The notes below the pieces were generated by a model. That model saw only the letters and a program-made list of their open reading frames with translations, searched no databases and was not told the DNA's origin. From Lachnospiraceae bacterium (GTDB lineage Bacteria > Bacillota > Clostridia > Lachnospirales > Lachnospiraceae), in assembly GCA_045546175.1 (NCBI GenBank), contig JAZQCI010000103.1:26679-90678 (forward strand): 64,000 nt of DNA, in the 5' to 3' direction. How positions within the stretch are numbered: the stretch's first letter is position 1; each line of letters begins with the position of its first letter. The translations under genes were made by a program, and so were the position numbers. Below are positions 45,131 through 56,123 of the stretch, piece after piece.

Positions 45131-47140
45131 TTACTCTTCTCCGATCATAGCAAGAAAACCCTCTTCCGAGATAATGGGAATCCCCAGCTCCCTCGCTTTT
45201 TTGTTCTTGCTCGAGGAAGAAGTCACATCGTTATTGATCAGGTAGTCCGTCTTGGAGGATACACTTCCCGCAGCCTTTCCTCCCAGGCTCATGATCTTGT
45301 CTTTCAGTTCATTTCTGTTTGCAAATCGGTGGACGCTCCCCGTGATGACAAAGGTCTTGCCCGCAAGGATCTGAGGTCCCGCCGGCGCGCTCTCTTTCTG
45401 CAGATGAAGCTCGCCCAGCAGATCGTCCAGGGCGGCGGTCAGCCGCGCGTCATCAAAAAACTTCCGGATGTTCTGAGCCAGAACAGGGCCGATCCCTTCC
45501 ACTTCCGAGAGTGTCGTCTCATCCGCTTTCCTGATCTCTTCCAGGTCATCCCTGAAATGGGAACAGAGGATCCTCGCTCCGGAAATGCCGATCCCGGGGA
45601 TTCCGATGGCTCCGAGCACTCTGGCCGGCGTCGTCTCCCTGGATCTGTCGATCGCCTCGAGGAGCTTGTCGCAGGACCTGCGCCCGAGTCCCTCCATATT
45701 TTCGATCACGTCCCTGTGCTGCCCGAGGCGGTAAATATCCGCGAAATTGTGGATCAGGCCTGCCGCGATCAGTTTTTCCAGCGTCGCCTCGGAGAGTCCG
45801 TCTATATTCATCGCGCTGCGGCTGACAAAGAGCGAAAAAGCCTTGATCTTCTTGGCCGCGCAGTCCGGATTGGTGCAGACGAGCACCTCCGTGTCGTTGT
45901 CCCTTCGGATCACCGTGTCCTTTCCGCAGACCGGACACCTCGCCGGGATCTGCAGTGATCCCGAACCTGTCAGGTTCTCCGCGATCTGGGGAATGATCAT
46001 ATTGGCCTTGTAGACCGTGATCCTGTCTCCGATCCCCAGCTTGAGGTCCCTGACTATACTGATGTTATGAACAGAGGCTCTCCTGACCGTAGTGCCTTCG
46101 AGCTCCACCGGCTCGAAGACCGCGATGGGATTGATAAGGCCGGTCCTGCTCGCGCTCCATTCCACGTCGATCAGCGTTGTCTCCATGAGCTCATCCGCCC
46201 ACTTGAAAGCAATGGAATTACGGGGGAACTTGGCGGTTGTGCCAAGCGACTCGCCGTATGCGATGTCATCGAGCGTGAGCACAAGTCCGTCGGACGGAAG
46301 ATCGCTCGAGGAGATCTTCTTCTCGAATTCCCCGACCTTTTCCGCCACATTATCCGGCGTGACGCGCACGTATTCCACCGTCTCAAATCCCTGGTGCGCC
46401 AGGAATTCCATCTGCTTCTGTCTGGAGTTGTCAAAAGAGAGATTCCCGGCCTGTACCAGCGAAAAAGCGTAAAATCTGACCCTGCGCTTAGCAGTGATCC
46501 GGTTGTTGAGCTGCCTGACACTGCCGCTGCACAGATTTCTGGGATTCTTGTAGCGCACATCGGTAAGATCGCCCGTGGCTGCCGCTTCCGCTTCCAGCTC
46601 TTCGTTGATCTTCTCGAAGTCCGAGTAACGGATCAGGGCCTCTCCGCGCAGGATGATCGTCTCTTTGCAGGGAATGTGGACAGGGAGATTCTTGAACACC
46701 TTGGCGTTGTCGGTGATCACTTCCCCGATCTCGCCGTTTCCCCTGGTCACCGCTTTTGTCAGCTGCCCGTTCTCATAGGTAAGTACAACGGTGAGGCCGT
46801 CCAGCTTCCAGGACAGAAGTCCCTCGTGGCCGCCAAGCCACTGCGCAAGGGCCTCCCGGTCCTTTGTCTTGTCCAGGGACAGCATCGGGCTTTCGTGCCG
46901 CTCTTTGGGCAGCTCATCCGCCGCAGTATAACCGACATGAACCGTCGGCGATCCGGCAAGCACAATACCGGTGCGCGCTTCCAGCGCGGACAGCTCGTCA
47001 TAAAGCCTGTCGTATTCGAGATTGCTCATGATCTCGGTATCTTTGTTGTAATAGGCTTCCGATGCGCGGTTAAGGAGCTGCGTCAGCTCTTTCATTCGGG
47101 CGCGGTCCGCCTCGGATACTTTTCCGGATACACTTTCCAT
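45131..47140 (-). CDS. ligA: NAD-dependent DNA ligase
   Basis: KLDG, TRGNG, CPVC zinc finger, HhH, BRCT. Confidence 0.96.
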   Translation of the reverse strand: MESVSGKVSEADRARMKELTQLLNRASEAYYNKDTEIMSNLEYDRLYDELSALEARTGIVLAGSPTVHVGYTAADELPKERHESPMLSLDKTKDREALAQWLGGHEGLLSWKLDGLTVVLTYENGQLTKAVTRGNGEIGEVITDNAKVFKNLPVHIPCKETIILRGEALIRYSDFEKINEELEAEAAATGDLTDVRYKNPRNLCSGSVRQLNNRITAKRRVRFYAFSLVQAGNLSFDNSRQKQMEFLAHQGFETVEYVRVTPDNVAEKVGEFEKKISSSDLPSDGLVLTLDDIAYGESLGTTAKFPRNSIAFKWADELMETTLIDVEWSASRTGLINPIAVFEPVELEGTTVRRASVHNISIVRDLKLGIGDRITVYKANMIIPQIAENLTGSGSLQIPARCPVCGKDTVIRRDNDTEVLVCTNPDCAAKKIKAFSLFVSRSAMNIDGLSEATLEKLIAAGLIHNFADIYRLGQHRDVIENMEGLGRRSCDKLLEAIDRSRETTPARVLGAIGIPGIGISGARILCSHFRDDLEEIRKADETTLSEVEGIGPVLAQNIRKFFDDARLTAALDDLLGELHLQKESAPAGPQILAGKTFVITGSVHRFANRNELKDKIMSLGGKAAGSVSSKTDYLINNDVTSSSSKNKKARELGIPIISEEGFLAMIGEE

Positions 47141-47153
47141 GGTTATTCCTTCT

Positions 47154-47891
47154 CTACCTTGCAAGCGGAAGCCCCGCCGCTTTATACAGCTCCGCGAGCT
47201 CATCTCCGCTGATTATTCTCTGCTCGCCGGGCTTTAAGGCGCCCAGCTCGATCGTCAGGACTCTGACCCTCTTGAGTTTTTTCACCTCATTGCCGACCGC
47301 CTTGCACATCCTCCGGATCTGCCTGTTCAGCCCCTGTGTGAGGATGATCCTGAAGGTATAGTCGCCCAGCCGCTCCACTTTACAGGGGCGCGTGGTGACA
47401 TCCAGCTCCTTGAGCCTTACGCCCTTTCTGAAATGTTCCAGATCCGCGTCCGAGATGCGGCTCTTCACCCGCACGATGTATTCCTTCTCATGTCCGGCGG
47501 AGCCTTTCATCATCGCGTCGATCAGTTTCCCGTCGTTTGTCATCAGAAGAAGCCCTTCCGAGTCCCTGTCCAGCCGGCCGGCATAGGTCAGCCTGACAGG
47601 AAAAGAAAAGGCTTCTTCAAGCGTTCTGTCCGCATGGCGGTCGCTCCTTGTGCAAGTGACGCCGACGGGTTTGTAATAGGCTGCTACGACTTTGTTCTGG
47701 GCTCCCACAAGAAGCTTTCCGTCGACGGTAACTTCATCGGTGCCCCGAATCCTCATTCCTGCAGTCGCCGCGGTTCCGTTCACAAATACTCTGCCTGCGT
47801 CGATCAGGCGGTCCGCTTCCCTCCGGGAGCAGATCCCGCACGACGCGATATACTGATTGATCCGGGGTCCTGCCTGCTCACGGGCCTTCAA
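47154..47891 (-). CDS. 23S rRNA pseudouridine synthase (RluB/RluF family)
   Basis: S4 domain CSRREAD, GRLDRDSEGLLLMTNDG, GLNRQIRRM. Confidence 0.92.
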   Translation of the reverse strand: MKAREQAGPRINQYIASCGICSRREADRLIDAGRVFVNGTAATAGMRIRGTDEVTVDGKLLVGAQNKVVAAYYKPVGVTCTRSDRHADRTLEEAFSFPVRLTYAGRLDRDSEGLLLMTNDGKLIDAMMKGSAGHEKEYIVRVKSRISDADLEHFRKGVRLKELDVTTRPCKVERLGDYTFRIILTQGLNRQIRRMCKAVGNEVKKLKRVRVLTIELGALKPGEQRIISGDELAELYKAAGLPLAR

Positions 47892-48553
47892 CTGTATAAC
47901 TCCGCGATCTGCTGCACGGCTCTTCTTCTGAGTATACAGTCGCTGTGCTCTCTGATGTAAGCCAGTGTCGTGTCGCTGCAGGAGACCATGTCGGCGAAAT
48001 CATTGATCCTGAGGACCGACCCGTCGTACTCTTCGCCGGCGTCAGGGTCCCTACTGAGCACAAGATAGTAGAACCCCGTGTCTTTTACAAAATAGAGGGC
48101 GCTCGAAAGTCCGCGGCAGTTCTCAAGGATGCGGCAGCTGGCGGCAGTGTCCAGGATACTCGGAAAACGGAAAACGTAAGTCCCGGAGATCGCTGTATCC
48201 GCTCCCTTTTTCCGGGCTGCCTTTTCCGCCTCCCCATAATAGGACGCCGGGCCTGCGCTCTGCGCCTCGTGTGCATCATCTTTGTGTGCCTGAATCTTGG
48301 CCGACTCGACGGGATCCTGGGAGATGGTAAGACTCACCGACTGGTCCGGAAGGACCGAGATCCTCATCGAGGTGTAGTCATTCTTCATATTCATATTAAC
48401 AGAACTGGCTGCCTTGAGAATGATCCTCTTGATAAACTCCACGGCGTTCTTCTTGCGGTCAAACAGATCGTCGAGGTCAATCCCGTGCTTTTTCAGATCA
48501 TCCTGCGTGATGATGCAGTTTATAGTTGTGTCATTTATTTTTCTGAATTTCAA
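47888..48553 (-). CDS. mecA: Adaptor protein MecA
   Basis: TTG start after GGAGG; KFRKINDTTINCIITQDDL, C-term YIREH. Confidence 0.82.
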   Translation of the reverse strand: MKFRKINDTTINCIITQDDLKKHGIDLDDLFDRKKNAVEFIKRIILKAASSVNMNMKNDYTSMRISVLPDQSVSLTISQDPVESAKIQAHKDDAHEAQSAGPASYYGEAEKAARKKGADTAISGTYVFRFPSILDTAASCRILENCRGLSSALYFVKDTGFYYLVLSRDPDAGEEYDGSVLRINDFADMVSCSDTTLAYIREHSDCILRRRAVQQIAELYS

Positions 48554-48778
48554 ATGTGTTCCTCCGTCCGAGAGTATATCATACTTCTGACATACCATTA
48601 TACAACACTGTAACAAAATATTCAGCATTCGATAATAATGATTTGTAATTATTCAGCACCGCGGAAAAACGATCAAAATAAGGACCGGGGAGCTGAATAG
48701 TTACAATATCTGAAAACGAAACAGGCACTGCGCAGATCCTGCACAGTGCCTGAATACAATCTTTATATCCGCCACGGA

Positions 48779-49735
48779 TTATTTTGCAGCCGCGCCTGCC
48801 TGAGCCATAACTTCCTCAGCAAAGTTGTCCTGTCTCTTCTCGATACCTTCACCGGTCTCGAAACGAACGAACTCTTTGATGGTGATCTTGGTGCCGTTGG
48901 CCTTGCCGACCTGGTCAAGATACTGGCCTACAGTCTGCTTGCCGTCCTCGGCGCGGACATAGACCTGATCAAGAAGGCAGATCTCCTTGAACTCTTTGTT
49001 GAGTCTTCCGATCAGCATCTTCTCGATGATGTTCTGAGGCTTTCTCTTGTTCTCGGGAAGCTTGTTGTTCTCTTCGATCGCCTGAGCGAGAAGGATCTCT
49101 TTCTCGTGTGCTCTGTACTCTTCCGAGATATCAGCCTGGCTGATGTACTTGGGATTCATAGCTGCGATCTGCATAGCTACGTTGGTGAGAGCTTCCTTCA
49201 CAGCGTCATTGACTACAGCGGTCTGTGCATCAACAATAACGCCGATTCTGCCCTGTCCGTGAAGATAAGTGACTACGCAGCCTTCCTTCTCTTCGATTCT
49301 CTTGAATCTGCGGATGCTGAGCTTCTCGCTGATGACCGCGATCATGTCTACCAGTGCATCCTTAACGGTCTTGGTGGCGTCCTCTGCCCAGTCCTCACCC
49401 ATGAATGTGTCGATATCTTCCGCTGCGCTGTTGAGGGCCTGCTTTGCGACCTTAGCGACATAGTTGCGGAACTTCTCGTTCTGTGCGACGAAGTCGGTCT
49501 CGGAGTTAACTTCTACGACTGCCGCCTTGTTGTCGTCGTCCTGTGCGATGAAGCAGATACCTTCTGCAGCGATTCTGCTGGCCTTCTTCTCAGCCTTAGC
49601 CTGTCCCTTCTTTCTGAGGAACTCGACTGCAGCGTCCATATCGCCGTTAGTCTCGGTGAGCGCCTTCTTGCAGTCCATCATGCCTGCGCCGGTAACTTCT
49701 CTCAACTGTTTTACCTGTGCTGTTGTAATTGCCAT
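48779..49735 (-). CDS. tsf: Elongation factor Ts
   Basis: LREVTGAGMMDCKKAL, NSETDFVA, FVRFETGEGIEK. Confidence 0.98.
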   Translation of the reverse strand: MAITTAQVKQLREVTGAGMMDCKKALTETNGDMDAAVEFLRKKGQAKAEKKASRIAAEGICFIAQDDDNKAAVVEVNSETDFVAQNEKFRNYVAKVAKQALNSAAEDIDTFMGEDWAEDATKTVKDALVDMIAVISEKLSIRRFKRIEEKEGCVVTYLHGQGRIGVIVDAQTAVVNDAVKEALTNVAMQIAAMNPKYISQADISEEYRAHEKEILLAQAIEENNKLPENKRKPQNIIEKMLIGRLNKEFKEICLLDQVYVRAEDGKQTVGQYLDQVGKANGTKITIKEFVRFETGEGIEKRQDNFAEEVMAQAGAAAK

Positions 49736-49791
49736 AACTTTACCTCTCTATGATTACAAAAATCTGTATACCGATGGAACTCATCAGGGAA

Positions 49792-50562
49792 TCAGAGTGT
49801 TCCCTCTTCTGCCTGCTCAGCCTCGCTTGCAGCGGACTCCTGAGCCAGCGCTTCCTGCTCGGATGTGTCAACGTTCTCTTCACCCTGTCTCGCCTCGATG
49901 ACTGCGTCTGCCATCTTGCTGCAAAGGAGCTTGACTGCGCGGATCGCGTCGTCATTGCCGGGGATGATGTAATCGAGCTCTTCGGGATCGCAGTTTGTAT
50001 CGCCGATACCGATCAGTGTGATGCCCAGTGCGTGAGCCTCTGCGACGCAGATTCTCTCCTTCTTGGGATCGATAACAAAGATCGCATCCGGGATGTGAGT
50101 CATTTCCTTGATTCCGCCGAGGTTCTTCTCGAGCTTCTCCCACTCTTTGTTGAGCTTGGCAACTTCCTTCTTGGGAAGTACGTCAAATGTGCCGTCCTGG
50201 GACATGGCCTCGATCTTCTTGAGGCGCTCGATTCTGCCCTGGATGGTCTTGAAATTGGTCAGCATGCCGCCGAGCCATCTCTCGTTTACATAGTACATGC
50301 CGCAGCGCTCAGCTTCTGTCTTGACTGCGTCCTGCGCCTGCTTCTTGGTGCCGACGAACAGAAGGGTTCCGCCCTGCTCAGCGATCTCGAATACTGCTCT
50401 GTAGGCCTCGTCAACCTTTACGACAGACTTCTGAAGGTCGATGATGTGGATCCCGTTTCTCTCTGTGAAGATGTAGGGAGCCATCTTGGGGTTCCAGCGC
50501 CTTGTCTGATGTCCGAAATGTACGCCTGCTTCAAGCAGCTGCTTCATTGATACAACACTCAT
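49792..50562 (-). CDS. rpsB: 30S ribosomal protein S2
   Basis: [27 protein letters not shown]. Confidence 0.99.
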   Translation of the reverse strand: MSVVSMKQLLEAGVHFGHQTRRWNPKMAPYIFTERNGIHIIDLQKSVVKVDEAYRAVFEIAEQGGTLLFVGTKKQAQDAVKTEAERCGMYYVNERWLGGMLTNFKTIQGRIERLKKIEAMSQDGTFDVLPKKEVAKLNKEWEKLEKNLGGIKEMTHIPDAIFVIDPKKERICVAEAHALGITLIGIGDTNCDPEELDYIIPGNDDAIRAVKLLCSKMADAVIEARQGEENVDTSEQEALAQESAASEAEQAEEGTL

Positions 50563-50685
50563 TTCTTTTCCTCCGTGTTTGGTTTGTTCTTCCGCATTTC
50601 CGTAAGCATTAATGAAGGTTCGCTACCACCCTGCCGGGTCAGAGCCCGGGTAGAGCACCGGTATATGCCGAAAATGCGTGCTTAC
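50563..50685 (-). promoter_or_regulatory. rpsB (S2) leader, putative autoregulatory structure
   Basis: CGCATTTTCG...CGGAAATGCG stem with internal CCGGTG, as in S2 leaders. Confidence 0.6.
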
Positions 50686-50788
50686 TATTACGCAACATTA
50701 GAATATTACCACAAGCAAAAAGTTCGCACAAGCATTTATTTTGAATTCAGCACCCCGGGTTGGAGTGCTGAATAAAAATCGCAATTTT

Positions 50789-51607
50789 TCAGTGTCCCTG
50801 TCCTTCCGGGTCCACCTGTTTTTTCAGTTCTTTGAGTTCTCCGTAGATCGCGTCGTTGAGGACCTTAATATAAGTCCCCTTCATGCCGGAGGAACGGGAC
50901 TCGATGACGCCCGCCGACTCGAATTTTCTGAGGGCGTTTACCACCACGCTTCTGGTGATGCCCGCTTTGTCCGCTATTTTGCTGGCGACAAGGATGCCCT
51001 CGATCCCGCTCAGTTCCTCGAAGATATGCACGATTGCGTGCATTTCCGTGTAGCTGAGCGTGTTGATCGCCGACTTGACCACATTGATCTTACGGGTCTC
51101 CTCAGCGGTCTCTTCGGACACGGCCCTGAGCATCTCAAGGCCCACCACTGTGGTCCCGTACTCGCACAGGATGATGTCGTCGATGTCAAAGCCCTCCCCG
51201 TCCTTATAGATGAAGACGGTCCCGAGACGCTCACCGGCGATCTCAATCGGGGCGATGATTCCTACGTTGGCGCAGTCCTGGTCTTTGACAAAGCCCAGGG
51301 TCCCCAGATTCACATTTTCATTAGTAGACAGAACCCCGAGAAATCTCTCGTTGAGAGCGGAGTCGACAAAGGTTCCCACCTTGTCCGTGATGAGTTCGCT
51401 CAGGATCGGGATCTCCTTGTATTCGCCAAATCCCAAAACCTTACCTTTTTTGCTGATCACAAGAATGTTGGACTGCAGAACGTCGCTCATCACTCTGCAG
51501 ATATCGCTGAACACGACCTTGCCCGTGTCATTGTTGTGCAGCAGTCTTTCAATTTTTCTTGTATTATCCAGCAGTTTCACATTGCCGATCGTCTGAGACC
51601 TGTTCAC
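50789..51607 (-). CDS. codY: GTP-sensing pleiotropic repressor CodY
   Basis: GERLGT, EYGTTVVGLE, ASKIADKAGITRSVVVNALRKFESAG. Confidence 0.97.
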   Translation of the reverse strand: MNRSQTIGNVKLLDNTRKIERLLHNNDTGKVVFSDICRVMSDVLQSNILVISKKGKVLGFGEYKEIPILSELITDKVGTFVDSALNERFLGVLSTNENVNLGTLGFVKDQDCANVGIIAPIEIAGERLGTVFIYKDGEGFDIDDIILCEYGTTVVGLEMLRAVSEETAEETRKINVVKSAINTLSYTEMHAIVHIFEELSGIEGILVASKIADKAGITRSVVVNALRKFESAGVIESRSSGMKGTYIKVLNDAIYGELKELKKQVDPEGQGH

Positions 51608-51671
51608 TGTTTCACCTGGCCTTTCAATTATTATATCTATTTAATAGCCCGGCAGACGGGCCGCCTCACAT

Positions 51672-53786
51672 TCATTCCTCTGGCCTGTTCTCCATATATC
51701 CGCAGTCTCTGTCCTCGCAGACCAGCTTATTGCCTTTGACCAGCATCATGCCGCCGCATCTGGGACACTTTTTGTCGGAGGGTCTCTGCCAGCTCATAAA
51801 ATCACACTCCGGATTGCCCATGCATCCGTAGTATTTGCGTCCCTTCTTGGTCTTTTTGACGACGATGTCTTTGCCGCACTTGGGGCAGGCGACGCCGATC
51901 TTTTCGTAGTAGGGCTTTGTATTGTGGCACTCCGGGAATCCCGGGCAGGCGAGGAATTTACCGTGGGGACCGTATTTGATCACCATATTCCTGCCGCAGT
52001 TTTCGCAGACTTCGTCTGTCTCCTCGTCCGCGATCTTTACCTTTTCCAGGTCCTTCTCAGCCTGGCTGACCGCTTCGTCCAGATCCGGATAGAAGTTTTC
52101 GATCACAGTCTTCCACTTTACGCTCCCTTCCGCGACGCCGTCGAGCAGGCCTTCGAGATTGGCCGTGAAGGCGGGGTCCACAATGGACGGGAAAGCGCGC
52201 TTCATCATGGAGTTGACCACTTCTCCCAGCTCCGTGAGGTAGAGGTTCTTGTCCTCTTTCACAATATAGTGCCTTGCCAGGATCGTCGTGATGGTAGGCG
52301 CGTACGTGCTGGGACGGCCGATCCCCTGTTCCTCCAGCGCTTTTACGAGAGAGGCCTCCGTGTAATGAGGCGCAGGCTGTGTGAAGTGCTGTTTGGGATC
52401 AAATTTCTCAAGCGTCAGACGGCTGTCTTTTCCGATCTTCGCCGTGAGCTTTTCTCCCTTGTCCTCGTTTTCTTCCTGATTATAGACGCACTGATAACCG
52501 TCGAACAAAAGGCGTGATGCGGACGCGGTGAAAACATAGCTTTCGCCCGCCGTGATCCTCACCTGCGTGTTCTCATATCTGGCCGCGCTCATGCGGCTGG
52601 CGAGAAATCTCTTGTAGATCAGCTGGTAGAGGCGGTACTGGTCTCTTGACAGAGAGTCTTTAATGGCGGAAGGAACATTCGCAAGGTCCGTGGGGCGGAT
52701 CGCCTCGTGGGCGTCCTGGATCTTGCCCTCGCTCTTTCCCGTTTTCTCTCTGCTGAGCAGATACTCTTCTCCGTAATTGGCGAGAATGTATTCGGAGGCC
52801 ATAGCCTGCGCTTCGTCCGAAATGCGGGTGCTGTCGGTTCTCAGATAGGTGATCAGCGCCGTAGTTCCGCTTCCCTTGATCTCTACGCCTTCATAGAGCT
52901 GCTGCGCGATCCTCATCGTTTTCTGCGTGGAGAAATTGAGCGCGCGGCTCGCCTCCTGCTGCAGTGTTGAGGTCGTAAAAGGGAGCGGGGATTTTCTGGT
53001 CCTCTCGGATTTCTTTACTTCGGAGACTTCAAAGGGCACATTTTCTATGGCCTTTATGATCTCCTCGACCTGTCCGGAATTCTCAAGTTCCTGTTTGACG
53101 GCCTTGCCGTTCTCCGAGACTGTTCCGTAATAGTGGACTGTCAGGGGTTTTGCATGCCCCTCCGCCTTTAAGAGCGCATCCAGTGTCCAGTACTCCTGCG
53201 GGATGAAAGCCGCGATCTCTTCCTCCCTGTCCGCAATCATGCGCAGCGCCACCGACTGTACTCTTCCGGCTGACAAGCCGCGCTTGACCTTTGCCCACAG
53301 AAGCGGTGAGATCTTATATCCCACTACACGGTCCAGGATCCTTCTGGTCTGCTGGGCGTCCACAAGGTCTATATTGATCGTTCTCGGATTCTTCAGTGAT
53401 TCCGTGACGGCTTTCTTCGTGATTTCATTGAAAGTGATCCTGTAGATCTCTTTGTCCGGCATTTCATTCAGTTTCAGGGCTGCGACGAGATGCCAGGAGA
53501 TCGCTTCTCCCTCGCGGTCAGGGTCCGTTGCGAGATAGATCCTGTCCGCCTTGCGGGCTTTCTTTCTGAGGTCCGCGAGAAGTTCTCCCTTGCCGCGGAT
53601 CGTTATATATTTTGGCTCATATCCATGATCGACATCAATTCCCATTCTGCTCTTGGGGAGATCTCTGACGTGTCCGTAACTGGCCGCCACCTCATAATTG
53701 GATCCGAGAAATTTCTTGATCGTCTTTACTTTAGCCGGAGACTCTACAATGACCAGATTGTGCTTGCGCTTTCGTGCTGCTGCCAT
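51672..53786 (-). CDS. topA: DNA topoisomerase I
   Basis: IVESPAK, DPDREGE, SAGRVQS, ITYLRTDS, zinc ribbons. Confidence 0.97.
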   Translation of the reverse strand: MAAARKRKHNLVIVESPAKVKTIKKFLGSNYEVAASYGHVRDLPKSRMGIDVDHGYEPKYITIRGKGELLADLRKKARKADRIYLATDPDREGEAISWHLVAALKLNEMPDKEIYRITFNEITKKAVTESLKNPRTINIDLVDAQQTRRILDRVVGYKISPLLWAKVKRGLSAGRVQSVALRMIADREEEIAAFIPQEYWTLDALLKAEGHAKPLTVHYYGTVSENGKAVKQELENSGQVEEIIKAIENVPFEVSEVKKSERTRKSPLPFTTSTLQQEASRALNFSTQKTMRIAQQLYEGVEIKGSGTTALITYLRTDSTRISDEAQAMASEYILANYGEEYLLSREKTGKSEGKIQDAHEAIRPTDLANVPSAIKDSLSRDQYRLYQLIYKRFLASRMSAARYENTQVRITAGESYVFTASASRLLFDGYQCVYNQEENEDKGEKLTAKIGKDSRLTLEKFDPKQHFTQPAPHYTEASLVKALEEQGIGRPSTYAPTITTILARHYIVKEDKNLYLTELGEVVNSMMKRAFPSIVDPAFTANLEGLLDGVAEGSVKWKTVIENFYPDLDEAVSQAEKDLEKVKIADEETDEVCENCGRNMVIKYGPHGKFLACPGFPECHNTKPYYEKIGVACPKCGKDIVVKKTKKGRKYYGCMGNPECDFMSWQRPSDKKCPRCGGMMLVKGNKLVCEDRDCGYMENRPEE

Positions 53787-53924
53787 TTTTACCTCTTACT
53801 CATCCTGAAGTTTTATTTGTCTTTGCTTTTTCGTAATTTCGATGGAATTTACAAACAATACCGAATGAAACAGACAAACTTCGGGTAATATACCATAATT
53901 GTGCCTCAAATTGCAAGACTTAGT

Positions 53925-55421
53925 TTACGTGGTATAAAGCTTTCTTTTTCTCTCGATCATCTCATCGATGTGCTCGATGTAGACAGAGACTTCCTTGGCG
54001 TCATCGCACCTCTCGATCCGTCCGCCCGGGAACACGCCTTTGGAAATGCTTCCGGCCCCCAGGGCCAGGATGGACTGCTTCTCCTCCATGATCAGGATGT
54101 TGTAGATCCCCGCCTTGCCGTCTTTTGCGTAGCCCACATTCTCGAAATTTCCGGACATGTTCTTCTGTCTGTAGAGATAATAGGGATGCATGCACATGGA
54201 GGCGGCGCCTTCCGCAGCGATCTTCATGCTCCCGTCGGTGTTGCAGATTGACGAAAAGCCGTTCTTTTCGATCCACTTCTGAAGCCGCGAGGCCCTCTTA
54301 ACCGCCAGGGAATGGACAGTCAGGTCATCCGGCCCCAGTTCCTTAATCGCGTCGATCGTATAACGGACGTCTTCCTCCGTCTCCCCGGGCAGTCCCAGGA
54401 TAATGTCCATATTGATGTTGTCGAAGCCGGCTTCCCTCGCCAGCCTGAAAGCGTCCGCCGTCTGCGCGGCGCTGTGCTGCCTGCCGATCAGTTTGAGCGT
54501 CCTGTCCCGCATTGTCTGCGGATTGACGCTGATCCTGCCGACGCCGCACTCCTTGAGGACCGCCAGCTTGTCGGCGGTAATGCTGTCCGGTCTTCCCGCT
54601 TCCACGGTAAACTCCTGCAGCGCTGACAGGTCAAAATAGCGCCCGATCATCCCGATCAGTCTCCGGGACTGTTCCGGTTCCAGCGTCGTAGGGGTTCCGC
54701 CTCCGATATAGAGGGTATCCAATATTTTGCCCCGCATAAGAGGTGCGGAAGCTTCCATCTCCCGCTCCAGGGCGTCCAGGTACTCGTCCACCCTCTCCTT
54801 CCAGGATGTGAGCGGAAAAGAGGTGAAGGAGCAGTACAGGCAGGTTGTGGGGCAGAACGGGATTCCCACGTAGAGACTGAATCCGTTCTCATAGTGAATA
54901 CCGGACAGGATCTCTCTCTCCCTCTGCGCGATCTCCGCCGCCAGCACGGCCTTCTCTGTGCTCACATAGTGCTCTCTCTCCATATAGGCGGCGGCCTCAT
55001 CGGGCGTATCGCCCGCTCTCAGCCTCGTCATCGCGATCTTGGTGGGCCTTATTCCGATCAGTTCTCCCCACGGCAGGACCGTGCCCGTGTACTCCGAGAG
55101 CATGTTGTAGAGAAGATGCTTGGCTGCCGTCTTGCACTCGGGGCCCTTGGCGTTAAAGACTGCCCCTTCCGGCGCCTTGACACTTCTTGTGAGGGGACCG
55201 TTCTCTCCCGCACCCTTTTCATCCGGCACGGGTCCCCCTTCTCCGGTGATCTGCATCTCGATGCGGTTTTCTTCAAACTGCACACGCAGAAAAGCCGGGT
55301 CAGGATATCTCCCGGCATCCGGCTCACCGACAAAAACTTTCACTGTCTCCTGCGGATAGAAGGCCTTCAGGAGAGAGTGTATTTCGTATCTGTATAATTC
55401 AATGTTTACTACTGCTATCAT
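53925..55421 (-). CDS. hemZ: Coproporphyrinogen dehydrogenase-like radical SAM protein HemZ
   Basis: CPTTCLYC, GGGTPT, EAGRPD, PYYLYRQK; lies after relA and MBL gene. Confidence 0.9.
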   Translation of the reverse strand: MIAVVNIELYRYEIHSLLKAFYPQETVKVFVGEPDAGRYPDPAFLRVQFEENRIEMQITGEGGPVPDEKGAGENGPLTRSVKAPEGAVFNAKGPECKTAAKHLLYNMLSEYTGTVLPWGELIGIRPTKIAMTRLRAGDTPDEAAAYMEREHYVSTEKAVLAAEIAQREREILSGIHYENGFSLYVGIPFCPTTCLYCSFTSFPLTSWKERVDEYLDALEREMEASAPLMRGKILDTLYIGGGTPTTLEPEQSRRLIGMIGRYFDLSALQEFTVEAGRPDSITADKLAVLKECGVGRISVNPQTMRDRTLKLIGRQHSAAQTADAFRLAREAGFDNINMDIILGLPGETEEDVRYTIDAIKELGPDDLTVHSLAVKRASRLQKWIEKNGFSSICNTDGSMKIAAEGAASMCMHPYYLYRQKNMSGNFENVGYAKDGKAGIYNILIMEEKQSILALGAGSISKGVFPGGRIERCDDAKEVSVYIEHIDEMIERKRKLYTT

Positions 55422-55449
55422 AATTCGTCATTAAATGAATCGGAAACGC

Positions 55450-56100
55450 TCACCCGTGCACAAAATAGTTGTACTTCTTCTCGTGTCCTATGGTCGTGCT
55501 TCCTCCGTGCCCGCTGTAGACCTCCGTGTCGTCCGGCAGGGCGTACAGCTTCGTGCTGATCGATTCCACAATATCCTGCATATCTCCGGTGGGAAGGTCC
55601 GTCCTCCCTACCGACTCCTCAAAGAGGGTGTCGCCGCTGATCAGGACAGGGGCGCCGCCGGTCTGGGCTGCGTCTATATAGTAGCAGCAGCTTCCCTCCG
55701 TGTGCCCCGGCGTGGAGATCATTTTCAGCGTGATGCCCGCCTCGGTGACAGATTCACCGTCGATGAGGTAGTGGTCGGCTTTCACTGTGCATGATCTTCC
55801 CACAGACCTTGACGAGTTCAGTTCGGGATCCTCAAGAACATCTCTCTCCAGGGCGCTGGCGTAGACGGGAGCTCCGCAGGCTTCCTTGAGAGCCTTCACC
55901 CCCAGAATGTGGTCAAAATGCCCATGGGTCAGAAAGATTGCCTTGATCTCAAGGCCCTTTCTCGACAGTTCCTCGTATATCTCTTTCCCGTAATCGGCGG
56001 GGTCGAAAACGATGGTTTCCTTCTCTCCTTTTTTATGGAGAAAATAGAAATTAGTCTGGACCATTCCGATCATATAACATCCGATCTCAATATTATTCAT
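55450..56100 (-). CDS. MBL-fold hydrolase (glyoxalase II-like)
   Basis: THGHFDH, TPGHT, GRTDLP. Confidence 0.9.
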   Translation of the reverse strand: MNNIEIGCYMIGMVQTNFYFLHKKGEKETIVFDPADYGKEIYEELSRKGLEIKAIFLTHGHFDHILGVKALKEACGAPVYASALERDVLEDPELNSSRSVGRSCTVKADHYLIDGESVTEAGITLKMISTPGHTEGSCCYYIDAAQTGGAPVLISGDTLFEESVGRTDLPTGDMQDIVESISTKLYALPDDTEVYSGHGGSTTIGHEKKYNYFVHG

Positions 56101-56123
56101 TTCGTCCCCTTTACCGGCGTAAA

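Noticed and set aside
48650-50774. REP-like family from two ATTCAGCACC...GCTGAATA hairpins (~48650 and ~50745)
   Set aside because: Only two short copies, both at positions expected for ordinary terminators after tsf and codY
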